From contig CM022677.1 in assembly GCA_012295275.1 (NCBI GenBank), positions 28,210,001-28,274,000 on the forward strand: a stretch of DNA of 64,000 bases, written 5' to 3'. Below, piece after piece: positions 17,123-31,971 of this stretch. The translations under genes were made by a program, and so were the position numbers. Below the pieces are notes generated by a model. The model did no database searches, was not told the origin of the DNA, and saw only the letters and a program-made list of their open reading frames with translations. Origin of the DNA: Chrysomallon squamiferum. Taxonomy: Eukaryota > Animalia > Mollusca. Position 1 is the first letter of the stretch. Every line of letters starts with the position of its first letter.

Positions 17123-17517
17123 AGCTGTGTGTGGGTAGGTGAGTTTGTATGTGCTTGTTAATATATTTTTTGTTATATATTTTTTGTTTTATATTTTTTG
17201 TTTTATATTTTTTGTTTTATATATTTTGTTTTTCAGGATCCTGCTGCTAGTCAAAAAAGGACAAAAATACTGACAGTGCAGATTTTTTATACATATATAT
17301 AAAATTCTAAACCTTACATAAACTTTCTTCTTGATTAAACTCTTAACTTTACTTTTTAATGTATATATCACACCATTTTAATCAAAACAGAAGAAAGTAC
17401 TAAGACATAACAATTACTGGTACAAATTTATGTTTTACTTTTTTTTAGTGGTTAAATAAAGTTTTGTTAACTTAGTGAAATTCTTTCTTGTTGTCTGTTT
17501 AAATGCAGTTTTGTCTA

Positions 17518-17727
17518 AACACCAGTGTCCATTACAGTTGTGACTAGACTGTCTAGTGGTCAGAAAACACCAGTGTCCATTACAGTTGTGACTAGACTGT
17601 CTAGTGGTCAGAAAACACCAGTGTCCATTACAGTTGTGACTAGATGTCTAGTGGTCAGTAAACACCAGTGTCCATTACAGTTGTGACTAGACAGTCTAGT
17701 GGTCAGAAAACACCAGTGTCCATTACA
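17518..17727. repeat. 48-bp tandem repeat with internal hairpin ACTAGAC-T-GTCTAGT
   Basis: ~4.4 copies. Confidence 0.85.
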
Positions 17728-18310
17728 TTAGGACTGGAATAATGTTAGGGAATTAACAACAAAGTGGTCATGAATACGACATTTTTGTTTTGTGTGTTTT
17801 CGACTTTGGTAGTCGTAATGTTATGTGGAAGATTATTAACAATGTGTATGTGTGTGTGTGTGTGTGTATGTGTGTATGTGTGTGTGTGTATGTGTGTGTA
17901 TATGTGTATGTGTATGTGTATGTGTGTGTGTGTATATGTGTGTGTGTATATGTGTGTGTGTATGTGTGTATTCTTAAATATATATGTGCATGCTGCATCT
18001 TGATATGTTTATATTTTTGAAACAAGGAACCTAATTTGTATTGTTTGATAATGTGAGTGCTTAACTGTTTTTAAATATAAATAACCATACATAGAGAATA
18101 CTTGATGAAACAATAGAAACACTTGTTACAGTTTTATTTAACATAAACACTTGAGATAAGAGGTACTCTGTAGATAACAATTTTCATGTTAACAGTCCTT
18201 AGATATTATTCTGCCCTAAAACAATAGTTATTACAACTAAAAAAGTTGATATAAGGAATAACATTTGTATAAACAGACAGTAATGTTATTTCTGTGCAAA
18301 ATCTTGAAAG

Positions 18311-18362
18311 ATGAATTTTAACAGGTTTAATATTGTTTTAGCAGTACTCACTATTTTACTGG
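18311..18362 (+). CDS. Gene C leader exon [17 protein letters not shown](A)
   Basis: ATG 18311, hydrophobic core, G|gtatgt. Confidence 0.8.
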
Positions 18363-18708
18363 GTATGTATAAGAAAAACAGTATTTTCTCTATCTATATT
18401 GTTTTAACAGTACTCACTGTTTTTATTGGGTATGTATAAGAAAAATAATATGTTCTATATTGACACATATTTCTCTTTAAACTCAGATTCTTTGAATTTG
18501 ATTAATTTTTCTTGTCATCTCATCTCTCTCTCTCTCTCTGACATGTCACATCTCTGTCTTAGTGAAATATAATTACTCTTTTTATTATTTATTGTAAACA
18601 TAATTATTGTTATTAATTATTACTTATTATTATTGTTTGTTTTGCTTTGCTATTATATTCTTACTATTATTATTATTATTATTAAATTGCATTACTATTA
18701 TTAATATT

Positions 18709-18747
<39 letters not shown>

Positions 18748-20105
18748 AATTACAGCTGCTGAGTGCATTAATGGAACTTCTGTAACAACAGAGTTATCTC
18801 CACTTGATGTGTCTCTTGGAGAGCCATGGACATTGAAATGTGTTGTCTGTTTGTCTGGTGGGGATGTTCTGGGTGGGGTTAACGTCTATCACAAACCAGT
18901 GGGTAAAACTGTGTTTGAACCCATCACTAGAAACTGGAAGTCTGGAAACATTTCTGTCATCCAGCTAGATTTTCTTCTTCGGTCCAAACTGACATGGACC
19001 AAAGACCAGTCTACTTTGAGTCTGGCGGTACGAGATCACTGGCCACGTGACAAAGGCGTGTACAGGTGTTCTGTGACAATTACAGGTAAAACAACACCTG
19101 TCACTGATGACAAACAATATCCAGGTAAATTTCATTGAATTTCAGTCATTAGATCATTTGAAAGATAGATGATAGATAGAGAGAGATAGATAGGTAGACA
19201 GACAGACAACAGATAGGTGAATTGATATGCAGAAATGAAGATTAATAGATAATTACTAATCTAAATAGATAGACTAACAGACAGATTAACATAGATAACA
19301 GATAGTTGGGTGGATTGGTGATGGATATAGACAGTGAGATGTCTAACAAATACATAGAGTCTTGCAGAGAAAAATACCAAAGAAAAAAGAATATATGTTA
19401 AACACATTAACTAGCAGACAATTAAGAAAGTTTCTCTTTTAATTTTGCAGCTCCGACTAAGCGAGGGGAGACAACTGTTACAACCTATTTGTTGCCACAT
19501 GACATAAGAGCAGGACGTTCATGGATGCTGCAGTGTGCAGTCTGGCTCAACGACACAGACGTGTTCGAAGCACTTCACATTTACTACAAGCCACTGCATA
19601 ATATCTCGTTCCAACCAATTGCAAGAGTGACACTCAGTGGAAAACCTTTCATAAGTTGTGTTGACCTTGCTTTCCGAGCAAGTCTGACGTGGAATGAAGA
19701 CGTCACTGTTTTGATCATGAACGTTGAGGACTACTCGGAACTGGACAGTGGTGTTTACAGATGTTCTCTCAAAGTAAAAGGAAATTCTGTCATCATGTAT
19801 CAAGATAAACTTCTGCAAGGTTTTTATATTTTGTTGCATTATTTTTAACTTCTCCTTGTGCTGTTTTTCTTTTCTTGTTTTTAAATTTTGAATTAATTTG
19901 GTTTTAAATTTTTTGTTTAGGTTATATGTAATATTATGATAAATTTTATGTTCTAGTCTAAAATTCAAATAATAAAAACAAACTGTTAAAAATAAATAAA
20001 TACCCAAAGACTATTTCTGCTTTTGTAAACCATGACTATATTTTACTGATAGAGCACAATCCAGATTTTAAGCATCCACATTTGTTTTGTTTTTGTTTTT
20101 TGTTG

Positions 20106-20155
<50 letters not shown>

Positions 20156-23100
20156 TGCTCTGACCAGATTTTTTTTTTAATATATTTAATTTATTTAGAT
20201 CACATGGAACATTTGAAGAAACAATAATAATAAATATATATATTATATGTTTTTATATTTGCGATGTTCTTCCAGACGACAGATTCGCGTATTTGACATA
20301 AAATAACACTGAAGTTAATTTGTTTTGCGGAATTATTTAATTCAAAGTCATCTGACTGGAGTTAAGATGTAGTTTTGCAAGTAGATATAAATATGGATAG
20401 ATAAAGATTTTAAGGAACTACTATTTTGTTCAGGCCAGGTCCGTTTTTCATGAAGGTTTTGTTGTTGTTGTTGTTGTTTTTTATGATGGGGGTAGGTTGT
20501 TTTGGTGGTATTTTGGGGGATCAATCAATTTTTGGGAACTCATCTGTAATTCCAAAAAAAAAAATAATGAAAGCAAAATTAACAAACGTGTGGATCATGA
20601 AAAGATCAGTTGTAATTGTATTTTAATCGTGAAAAGTAATTATTATTTTCATTTTAAAATTGTCTTGATGATTATACAGAAATAACATAAATGTATTTTC
20701 AACGCGAAAACGAGGCGAATTCAGAATAGCCTGAAAGTATGTTACTGAGTGTTATATTAAAAAAAAATAAAAAAAAAATAAATACATTTTTTTTTTTTTT
20801 TTTTTTAACTTCCAAACAAATAACGATTCACATAGTGAGACGATGTGGACAGGGGATATTTCACCAACAATTCAAGACAGACAGAAGTAGAAAAAAAAAT
20901 AATAATAATAATAATAATAATAAAAGAAAGAAAGAAAAATAAATAAATAAATTAGAGCTGGGAAGCACTCCATGAAAATAATCTCGTGCAAGTCCAAAAT
21001 GTATGTGGGCTGATAATGTTCAACTTTTGCAAGCTGTAATAAAATATAATTGTGAATATTTCTCTTTTCAGCGTCTAGATACAGACCAACTTTATCAGGT
21101 AAACTGTTATTTATTTATTTTTTTTACTTATTTATTTTTTTCTAAATTATGTTTACATTGAAAATATGAATAAAATATATAAATGTTTGCCAGAAACGTT
21201 TTTCTTTTTTTTTTTTGTTTGTTCAGTTTTAAGCAATTAAAATTAATCATTTCTATTGAAAAGCTAATAAAATAATACCATACTGAATTAATAATTTGTT
21301 TATTATTATTACAGACATGTTGAATGTGGTATACACAGAATGTGACAGTACAGCTGTACTTTTCTGTGTAATGCTCTTGGAATCTTCAGCAGCAGACGTA
21401 AGTGAACAATGCAGGTATCTTTCTCTTTCTTTCATCATTGCTATTTGTTTATTATTATTATGATGATGTTGTACAAATGAATTTGATAATGGACATCTTT
21501 TTCTCAAGAACTGTCTTATATTATTTCTTCCGGGTATTTTTTGTTTTCCTTATTTGTTTTTTCTTCTTTTGTTTTCTTTATAAATATATGAATTTATTAT
21601 TTATTTTAATTTTTTTTATTATATATCTCATTGGTTCATTTCATATTATGTTTTTATTTTTATTTTATATGTTTATTTTTCTAATCTATAATATTTATTT
21701 GTTTATTTTTTGTTTATTAATTATAATTACAGAGCAGGAGAAATATATTCACGATGTATTAGAAAAACAAACTGTACAGAAGATCCTCGAATGAAAGCTT
21801 TAATTAGCACAGTTAACAGAAGAGTGGAAACATTCAGTTGTGGTGAGTGCATTAACTGAGAGAATAAATAAACAGAAGAATAAATTAACAATAGCCAGAA
21901 AGGTTTAATTATAAAAGTATTAGGTTAACTATAATTCTATAATGTTGGATTGATCAGTTAAAGACAGTGAAATTAAAAATATGGTTAAAAAAGCAGGAAT
22001 CAAATAAAGAAAAATAAACTTAGAAAATCAGTGAAAACAGTTAGAACATGGAAGCGTTCAATACAAAACATCATTTTATATTTAAAAAAAGAAGGAAAAT
22101 CAATAAGATCATTTTACTAATATATGTTTTGCTCGTATATTTGTTAATTCCATTAAAAAAGAATGAATGAAAGAAAGACTTCTGTTATGAAGTGATAAAA
22201 TTAGAATAATATTAAGTAGCTATTATTACTGTTGATGAAAACATTAAATTAAATAATCTGGAGGTAACAAAAACCAAGAACACTTCATTAGATAATTTAT
22301 TTATATTATAACAAATTCATTTTAAATATTTTACTACTGATTTGACTGTGTTAATATTATTGTTATCTGTTTTGTTATACTAATTAATTAATATTATTTA
22401 TTAAAGATTTAACTGTTTTAATATTATTATTATCTGTTTTGTCATACTAATTAATTAATATTATTTATTAAAGGTTTAACTGTTAATATTATTATTATCT
22501 GTTTTGTTATTCTAATTAATAAATATTATTTGTTAAAGATTTAACTGTTTTAATATTATTATTATCTGTTTTGTTATACAAATTAATTAATATTATTTGT
22601 TAAAGGTTTAACTGTGTTAATATTATTATTATCTGTTTTGTTACACTAATTAATTAATAATATTTGTTAAAGGTTTAACTGTGTTAATATGATTATTATC
22701 TGTTTTGTTATACTAATTAATTAATATTATTTATTAAAGGTTTTCATTTTTCTGAGTACACAGTGTGTAACAGAACTGGTCTTGGTTATTGTAAACTGAA
22801 TTTTGAAACAGCTGTTGAAACTACAGTCACCAACAAGAGTAAAGTAGACAAAAATCAGATTTGCAGGTAAGTTTTCCAACTTTCAAAACAGAATTCCACA
22901 CATTCCAGTCCATGAACCCTCTGAAACGGTTGTACAAGAATAATAGAGAAAGAAAAATTGCTTCCTTGAACACTGTTTTAACCTGTAAAACTTCACATCA
23001 GAATAATGCTCTTTGCATATGTAATTTTAACCTATACAATTAAACTAGAACACATCACATCAGAATAATGCTCTTTGCATATGTAATTTTAACCTGTAAC

Positions 23101-26100
23101 AGTTAAATTAGAAAACTTCACATCTGAATGATTTGATTAATGATGTTGAAAATGCAGTGGAGATGGATATAATGATGACAATTCTTACATCAGTTTATTT
23201 CATTTTTTTCATTTTGTAAAGAATACATGCATATAATTTTCAATTATTTATTTTTGGATTCTTACAACTTTCTATACTTTTGATAGACATGGTGACAAAT
23301 TCTTCAAGTGTGTTCAGACTGCAGGATGTATGGAGGTGTATAAGACTGACATGGACAAACTACATAATGGACTCAGATTAGCAGGATGTGGTGAGTTGCC
23401 TTCCATTTAACAGATTATCTTGAAATATATTTTAAAAACATTCTGTACTTGGAATCTAAAGTAAAAGTAAAATTGAAAATGATGGTTAGATGATTTGATT
23501 TGTTGGAAAAACTATTTTTATCTTTATTAACGTCTTCATGATTCTTTTTCTTGTTACAACATATATTTCTTTCGGTTATTTACTAAACTGTGTCTACTTT
23601 GATTCTTATTTACTTAAATATTTTGAATGCTTAATTAGTTCAGTATTAGCAAAAAATCAAAAAAGAAAGAAAATAATTTAATCTAAAAACATTATCCCAT
23701 GAACTTGTTTGCTTCTGTCTTGACGAACATCACACAAGAAACTACCTGCCTGTCCCCACAGAAGAGTTGTAGATGTTCTGTGTAGACACTTCAGCCGCGC
23801 CACATGAAATACAATTACTTAAACATTTACCCAGCTCTTCTCTCTTGCTTCTTCTAAGTATTTTTAATAAAATCAAGTTTCTGATGACTTTTCTTGTGAT
23901 TGGAGGAAAGCAATGGTCTTTCCTATTCTGAATAAATTTTAGCAATGGGCAACTACAGAGGTTTTCAATTCTTAAAGACAAAAACAGTTTGATGCATAGA
24001 AAAGAGTTATTTCTGGACAACAGTATAATTCCTGTTGTGAAGGGAACCAAATTTCGGGATTTGCAAAACTTTATCTGCAGTTTGCTGCTAAAGTAAAATC
24101 ATTGCCAAAATATCCAGCATACGATATGGTATTTGACAACAAATATGTGTGGTTGTTTGATGCAAGGCCAAATGCCATTCAAACATTTGGTATTTTATCT
24201 GCTTCCGCCATTGATTTTTCATATTTTGGAAAGACCTACATGTTTTATTATTCCACCATGGTGCATTAAACCATCAGAAGAAATTGCACAAACCATAGCA
24301 TTTAATCATCAGTTTTTCATGGAAATCAATGAAAAACACTGTGATCCCTGTTTATAAGGATGCATTGCAGGATAGGTATTCTCTAGCTTCTGCTGCTTTT
24401 ATTCATCAGACATAACTTTTTTCCGTGATTTTTTTTCACTGCTGAAATTCAGGCAATTGTTAAAGCCTGGAAGAAGTTAAACATTCCACATTCAAATATA
24501 TTATGTTCACATATTCACTTTCGAGCATTCCTTATTTGAGATCTGATATGAAAGTGTATCTTTTTGTCTAATGCCAGTAAAGACATTGTTTTTTGTTCAT
24601 ATCATCATATTTATTTGATTTATATATTTATCCTGAAGAAATCATTGTGTGGACACTGTCACTTTCAGATTTGGAAATAATCATTTAAATTCCATCCTGA
24701 ACTTGTTTTACAGAGTTACAGAATTTTAATTTATATATATAAAGTAATTTTGTTACAGTTACCTTTCTTGACACCCAGTATGATTTTTAGTGCTGGGGTG
24801 TTCTTAAGCATTACTTCATTCATCTAACAAGATTTTTCAGCTGCTTTGCATTTTTATTGCTGCTTACATTAACATGAGTAAACTGACTACAAAATGTTAT
24901 TCATTATTATTGTGATTAACAGAATTATTGTTGTTGTTGTTGTTGTTCTTTTTAATGTGTCTTGTAATCGTTGGTGCTGCTGTTGTTGAAGATATCACTG
25001 TTCAGTATTCCAACTGTAACATTTCATCTCTGAGAACGTGTAAAATGTTATTCGATAACAAAGTTCTGCTCTCAGCAAATACTCTGTGCAGGTTCGTATT
25101 TTGTTATATGTATTATGTTCAGTATTATGTTCAGTATTATGTTCAGTATAGTATAGCAACATAATAAAGTTAAGATTTATGGGTGTAGTAATTCAGTATA
25201 GATTAATGCAATATAGTATTGGTATAAAATAATATGCTACAGGAATAAAAAGCAAAGCTGTGTAAATTTATATTAAAATAAAATAATAATAAATGTTAAT
25301 CTTTAGTATAATGTACTATAGTATGTTATAGTGTTACTGATGTATTCTATACCTCAGTGTACCACAGTATAATATATTATAGTACGCCATAGTGTCCTGT
25401 AGTACATTGTACCTCAGTATATGATATATAATGTATTATAGTATGTTTTAGTGTCCTGTAGTACATTGTACCTCAGTATACCACAGTATTATGTATTATA
25501 GTACGTCATAGTATCCTGTAGTACATTGTACCTCAGTATACCACAGTATTATGTATTATAGTACGTCATAGTATCCTGTAGTACATTGTACCTCAGTATA
25601 CCACAGTATTATGTATTATAGTACGTCATAGTATCCTGTTGTACATTGTACCTCAGTATACCACTGTTGTTATATTAAATTCAAACGATAATAATGAATA
25701 TTATAACTTAATAGAGTCACATTATTATCTAGTGAGAAGAAGAAGAGAAATAAACATGGCAGTATGAAAAACTTATAAGATGACAGCTGTAATTATAATT
25801 TGAGCTTGTCCAGTCCTTACTGCAGCCTCGGTTTTGTTAAGCAGGTATAGATTACATTTTTAAAATACGTTTCACTGCTAACATTTATTTTTTATGTCAG
25901 AGAGGCTCCAGAATTCTTCAAGTGCATAAAACACACTGGTTGTACAGACCACACAGTTTCAAATACTGTCAGTCAGTTGTACAATCAATCTCACTGTTGT
26001 AAGTACATACATACATTCATACATTCATACATACATACATACATACTACATACATGTATATATGTTGTCTCGTGGTTGAACGGTAACATCGTCAGTTTTC

Positions 26101-27984
26101 TGAGTGCGGGTGATTGGCTGCCATTTGTTCGAGTCTCGTTAGCGGCATCTAACGTGTTTGTGACGTCGTGACTGGACTTTGTCCTCCTGTGCCAGCGCGT
26201 TATCGAATAATGTCTATGTGCAGAGTCTATTCAGACATACATAAGACAGAAAATATTCAAAATTCTAAACTTCATATATATATATATATATATATATAAA
26301 ACTAATCTATATCTAAATCTTTATGTATAGTCAGTCACACACATGTACACACACACACACACACACACACACTGATATACGCACAGCTAACATTACATGT
26401 AACATTACAACCTGCCATTTCTCACAGTGTGTGTGTGTGAGTTGTGTTATGTGTGTGAATTGTCTGTGTGTGAGTTGTGTGTTATGTGTGTGTGTGTGAG
26501 TTGTGTGTTATGTGTGTGTGTGTGTGAGTTGTGTGTTATGTGTGTGAATTGTGTGTGTGAGTTGTGTGTTATGATACAACACAATAACAGGTTAAGAGTT
26601 AAAAATAATTCATTTATTTAAACAAATAGCATTAATTACTTAATTTATTGTTAGATATGAAGTCGCTTCCCGTGTCTTGGTGCAGTGAGACAGCATTTAC
26701 TCAGTGTCAGAACGAATCACCTGCTGCTGCTGCTGCTGCTGTTGATACTGTGCAAGCAGATAATGCCACAAACGTAACAGAAATGTGTGTGTAAGTAGTT
26801 TAATGTAGTAACATGATTTCATATGTAATAAATGAATTGAAACCACCGTTAATGTAACGTGATTCCACACTTTTAGTACTTGCACCTAAACCAACGTTAA
26901 TGTAACGTGATTCCACACTTTTAGTACCTGCACCTAAACCAACGCTAATGTAACGTGATTCCACACTTTTAGTACCTGCACCTAAACCAACGCTAATGTA
27001 ACGTGATTTCCACTAAACCAACGTTAATGTAACGTGATTCCACACTTTTAGTATCTACACCTAAACCAACGCTAATGTAACGTGATTCCACACTTTTAGT
27101 ACCTGCACCTAAACCAACGTTAATGTAACGTGATTCCACACTTTTAGTACCTTGCACCTAAACCAACGTTAATGTAACGTGATTCCACACTTTTAGTACT
27201 TGCACCTAAACCAACGCTAATGTAACGTGATTCCACACTTTTAGTATGTGCTCTGAAATAATAGGTTAATTAAATGTGAATTCACAGATGTATTATTTAA
27301 TGAAAAATCACTTTTAAAACTTTTAATAAGCTTTGAAAGATACATTTTTATTACATAAAATTAAACGTGTTTTTCTGAATGATGGCTGATGTTTATAAAG
27401 AAGTACATGCTAATTTTGTACAGTGATATAAAGACATACATTCAGTGTCTACATCGTTCAGGCTGCCACTATGATAAACGTGTTGAGAATATAACTAACA
27501 GTTTGAAACCAGTCATCAGTCACTTGGGATGTGGTGAGTTTAATATTTATAATATTCAAAACACTCATTCTATGAGAATATCTGTTAACAATGTTTACAG
27601 TGTTTTTATGTTTATTATTTGTGTGTGTATACTTCATGGTGCCTTGCAAGTATTTAAATGTCTCGTTATGCATTTTAAGTTTTGTATTTCTGTTTGTGTG
27701 TGTGTGAGTGAAGTTTTTCTTCTGTGTGTACATATCTATGATTGTGTTTGCATATGTGTGTGTATCTGTTTCTGTTTCTGCATGTGTGTGTGTCTGTTTC
27801 TGTTTCTGTTTCTGTTTCTGTGTGTGTGTGTGTGTCTGTTTCTGTTTCTGCATGTGTGTGTGTGTGTGTGTATGTCTGTTTCTGCATGGGTGTATCAAAT
27901 GTGTGTGTGATTGTGTGTGTGTGTGTGTTCCTGTTTCTGTTTCTGCATGTGTGTGTGTGTCTGTTTCTGCATGGGTGTATCAAA

Positions 27985-28016
<32 letters not shown>

Positions 28017-29625
28017 CCTGTTTCTGTGAGGGTCTACAAAGAAGATAAATAAATAAATAATAGTCACATATTATAGCCATATTGTGAGATATTTTAAAAA
28101 TGTTTTTGATTGTGAGATTATTTCAACTAATAATATTTATTTATTTGTTGTAGATTCAAACAATCTTACCTTTTCTTGGTGTAATCAGACAGCAAGGAAG
28201 CAGTGTCAACACAGAGATCTGGATAATCTTAAAGATTCAGATGATGTTGCTATGAGAAATCCAGCAGAAATGTGTCTGTAAGTACCTTCACACCTTATTT
28301 TCTCTTCATGCTGTTTAACTATAAGCTGTAGAAGTTGTATTTCTTCTGATATCATTTTAACAAATCAGGGCTCTATGACAGTCAGTGTGGGTTTCCTCTC
28401 TCTCTGTGTGCTGCCAGCTACTCGTCTGTCAAGAAACTCACACAAACTCCTAGAAACACATCCACATCAACACACAGGCACACAACACACACACACACAC
28501 AACACACACACATCCACATCAACACACAGGCACACAACACACACACACACAACACACACACATCCACATCAACACACATGCACACAACACACACACACAC
28601 ACGCACGCACCCACCCACCACACACACATAAAGATGGATGTTTATGTGAGATGTCCAGATGATTAGTCTGCAGATATATTATTTGCATACTTCAGGTTCT
28701 CATAATTATACAAACACAAACAGTTGTATCATTTTCTTAGTGTGTGAAAAGTCAGCAATATGATTTTGTATGTACAGCAGCAAGCTTAAGACAGATTTTG
28801 TTTGTCTATTTTTCTGAAAAAGAGAATTATGTTACCATAAAAACAAAAACGTCTGCATAGTGATAGGTGCTTACCTTCCTCATCTGCATATATATATATA
28901 TATATATATATATTTCTTTTTTTTTTGCAGAAATTTAGAAACATTCTTTCGGTGTGTACACCATGCAGGCTGCTTCATTGACATGCATGCTGAGAATAAA
29001 AGCAATCTGTTGATTACCAGAGTCTTTGAATGTGGTGAGTTCATAGAGTTGATGATACAAAGAAATATATTGTGCTTACTTTAAATTTATGTGTTCCTTT
29101 CTCTTTTGAAGAACAAACACTAGAGTTGAACCTTTGAATTCAAGCACATTCACAAACATGTTCCTTGAATGCCAGGATCCTGCTAATATTAGCATCTGAT
29201 CTGAGGAACTAATGAGTTTGATGAAAACAAGAAATAAAAATATTAACATCTGTGTTTTTGTTTAAAATTTTACCTGCCTGGGTCCTAAGATTGCAGATAT
29301 ATATAGGTGAATTTATGGTAATGCTTCATGCTAACAGAAAAATACAGTGAGGCGTTAATATTAGCTGCATTCAAATATCTTGTGATACTTTGTGATATCA
29401 GAATGATAGTTAAAATAAAATAAAAATATAAAATAAACTAAATATTAATAACACTGTTATGATAATGGATTCCCAGTATGTTGATTATCGCACATATTAT
29501 TGATGTTGTTGACTAGGACAACTCCAGTGTGATATAACTGAAGCAGCAGAGTGCTGGTCTCATTACACAGATCAACTGAATGCTGCAACCACACCAGCTG
29601 AGTCATGCAAGTAAGTGTGTGTGTC

Positions 29626-29667
<42 letters not shown>

Positions 29668-29843
29668 TGTTGTGTATATATATATATATATTTATGTTTA
29701 TGTATATTTATACATATTTATATATATTTATTTATAAGCAGTATGCACACAGACACACTGAATGAATTGCATACATTTGTATGAAGTGTTAGAATCTCTT
29801 TTATTTATATATTTTTATTCCTGCTTGGTTGGATGATGAGTGG

Positions 29844-29885
<42 letters not shown>

Positions 29886-30459
29886 GTATGTATGTGTGTG
29901 TGTATGTGGGTATGTGTGTGTGTGTGGGGGGTATGCGTGTCTGTGTGTGGGTGTCTGTGTGTCTGTGTGTGTGTGGGTGGGTGTCTGTGTGTGTGTGTCT
30001 GTGTGTGTGTGGTGTGTCTATGTGAGTGTGTCTGTATGTGTGCCTGGGTGGGTGGGTGTCTATGTGAGGTGTCTGTATGTGTGTGTGTGTGTGTGTCTGT
30101 GTGTGTGTGTGTGTGTGGGTGTCTATGTGTGTGTCTGTGTGTGTAGGTATGTGTGTGTGTGTGTGTGTGTGTGTGTCTGTGTGTATGTGTGTGTGTGGGT
30201 GTCTATGTGTGTGTGTGTCTGTGTGTGTGTGTAGGTATGTGTGTGTGTCTGTCTGTGTATGTGTCTGTGTGTGTGTGTCTGTGTGTGTGGGTGTCTGTGT
30301 GTGTGGGTGTGTCTGTGTGTGTGTGGGTGGGTGTCTGTGTGTAAGTGTGTGTGTGTGTGTGTGTGTGGGGTGTCTGTGTGGGTGGGTGTCTGTGGGTGTC
30401 TATATGTGTGTCTGTGTGTGTGTGTGTGTGTGGGTGTCTGTATGTGTGTCTGTGTGTGG

Positions 30460-30523
<64 letters not shown>

Positions 30524-31820
30524 CTGTGTGTCTGTGTGTCTCTGTGTGGGTGTCTGTGTGTGGGGGTTGTCTGTGTGTGTGTCTGTGTGTGTGTGGGTGG
30601 GTGGTTGTCTGTGTGAGTGTCTGTATGTGGGTGGATGTATGTGTGTGTGTGTCTGTGTGTCTCTGTATGGGTGTCTGTGTGCGTGTCTGTGTGTTGGCGT
30701 CTGTGTGTGTGTTTTGTGTGTCTGTGTGTCTCTGTGTGTGTGTGTGTGTGTCTGTGTATGTGTCTGTGTGTCTATGTGTGTGTGTGTGTGTCTGTGTTAC
30801 TGTGTGTGTATGTGTGTGTATATATATGTGTGTCTGTGTATGTGTGTGTGTGGGTGTCTGTGTGTGTGTCTGTGTGGGTGTCTGTGTGTATGTGTGTGTG
30901 TGGGTGGGTGTATGTGTGTGTGTGTGGGTGTGTGGGTGTATATGTGTGTGTGGTGGGGGGGTGTGTGTGTGGGTGGGTGGGTGGGTGGGTGGGTGTATGT
31001 GTGTCTGTGTGTCTGTGTGTATGTGTGTGTGGGTGTCTGTATGTGTGTCTGTGTGTGGGTGTCTGTGTGTATGTGTGTGTGTGTGTGGGTGGGTGTATGT
31101 GTGTGTGGGTGGGTGGGTGTGTGTGTGTGTGGGTGGGTGTATGTGTGTGGGTGGGTGGGTGGGTGGATGTATGTGTGTCTGTGTGTTTTGTGGGGGTGTC
31201 TGTGTTGTGTGGGGGTGTCTGTATGTGTGTGTGTGTGTCTGTGTGTTTATGTGTTTGTATCTGTGTGTGTGTGTGTGTTGGAGTCAGTTTAGGTGTTTTG
31301 GGGTGATTCTTTATTACTTTTTATTGTTATTGTGTGTTGTTATTTTTGGTTATATAAATATTTGTTACTCCTTCGTAACTACTGAATTAACTGGACTATT
31401 AATAAAATGTTAGACAAATTTCTAAATTGATTTTTATTAGGCTAGACAACTTCGTAGATGAAAATATCTATGAAAAATATAAAATAGCAGAAACAAATTA
31501 TTATCGTTTTTCAGATGTAGCAGAAAATTCCTTAAATGCACAAAGATTTCTGGTTGTAGTAATGTTCCACATTTTCAGCAAAAAGTTAATCAAATTAAAG
31601 ATGTGTTAAAAAAGAATTGCAGTAAGTATCTTTCAAGTGAAACTTCAAAAATTAAAAGTATTGATTTTAACTAGAATTACAGTAATTTCCTATTTAAAAA
31701 AATGTCACACACACATGACAACTGATATAAATAATCCAAGTATGATAATTTCTGTCTACATATTTTACACAGCTTTTGGTTTTTACTGACTGCTCATTAA
31801 CATGATCCTTATTATTATGT

Positions 31821-31903
<83 letters not shown>

Positions 31904-31934
31904 GTTACTATTATTGTTATTATTATTGTTATTG

Positions 31935-31971
<37 letters not shown>

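Noticed and set aside
4794-17161. Long ORFs of [16 protein letters not shown] repeats
   Set aside because: Translations of micro- and minisatellites; only the embedded exon 5224-5326 is credible.
18396-18447. Second copy of the gene C leader 3' end and donor as an alternative leader
   Set aside because: No own ATG and a 1-nt insertion; treated as a decoy duplication.
19519-20007. 162-aa minus-strand ORF
   Set aside because: Antisense shadow of the Ig2 exon plus AT-rich intron.
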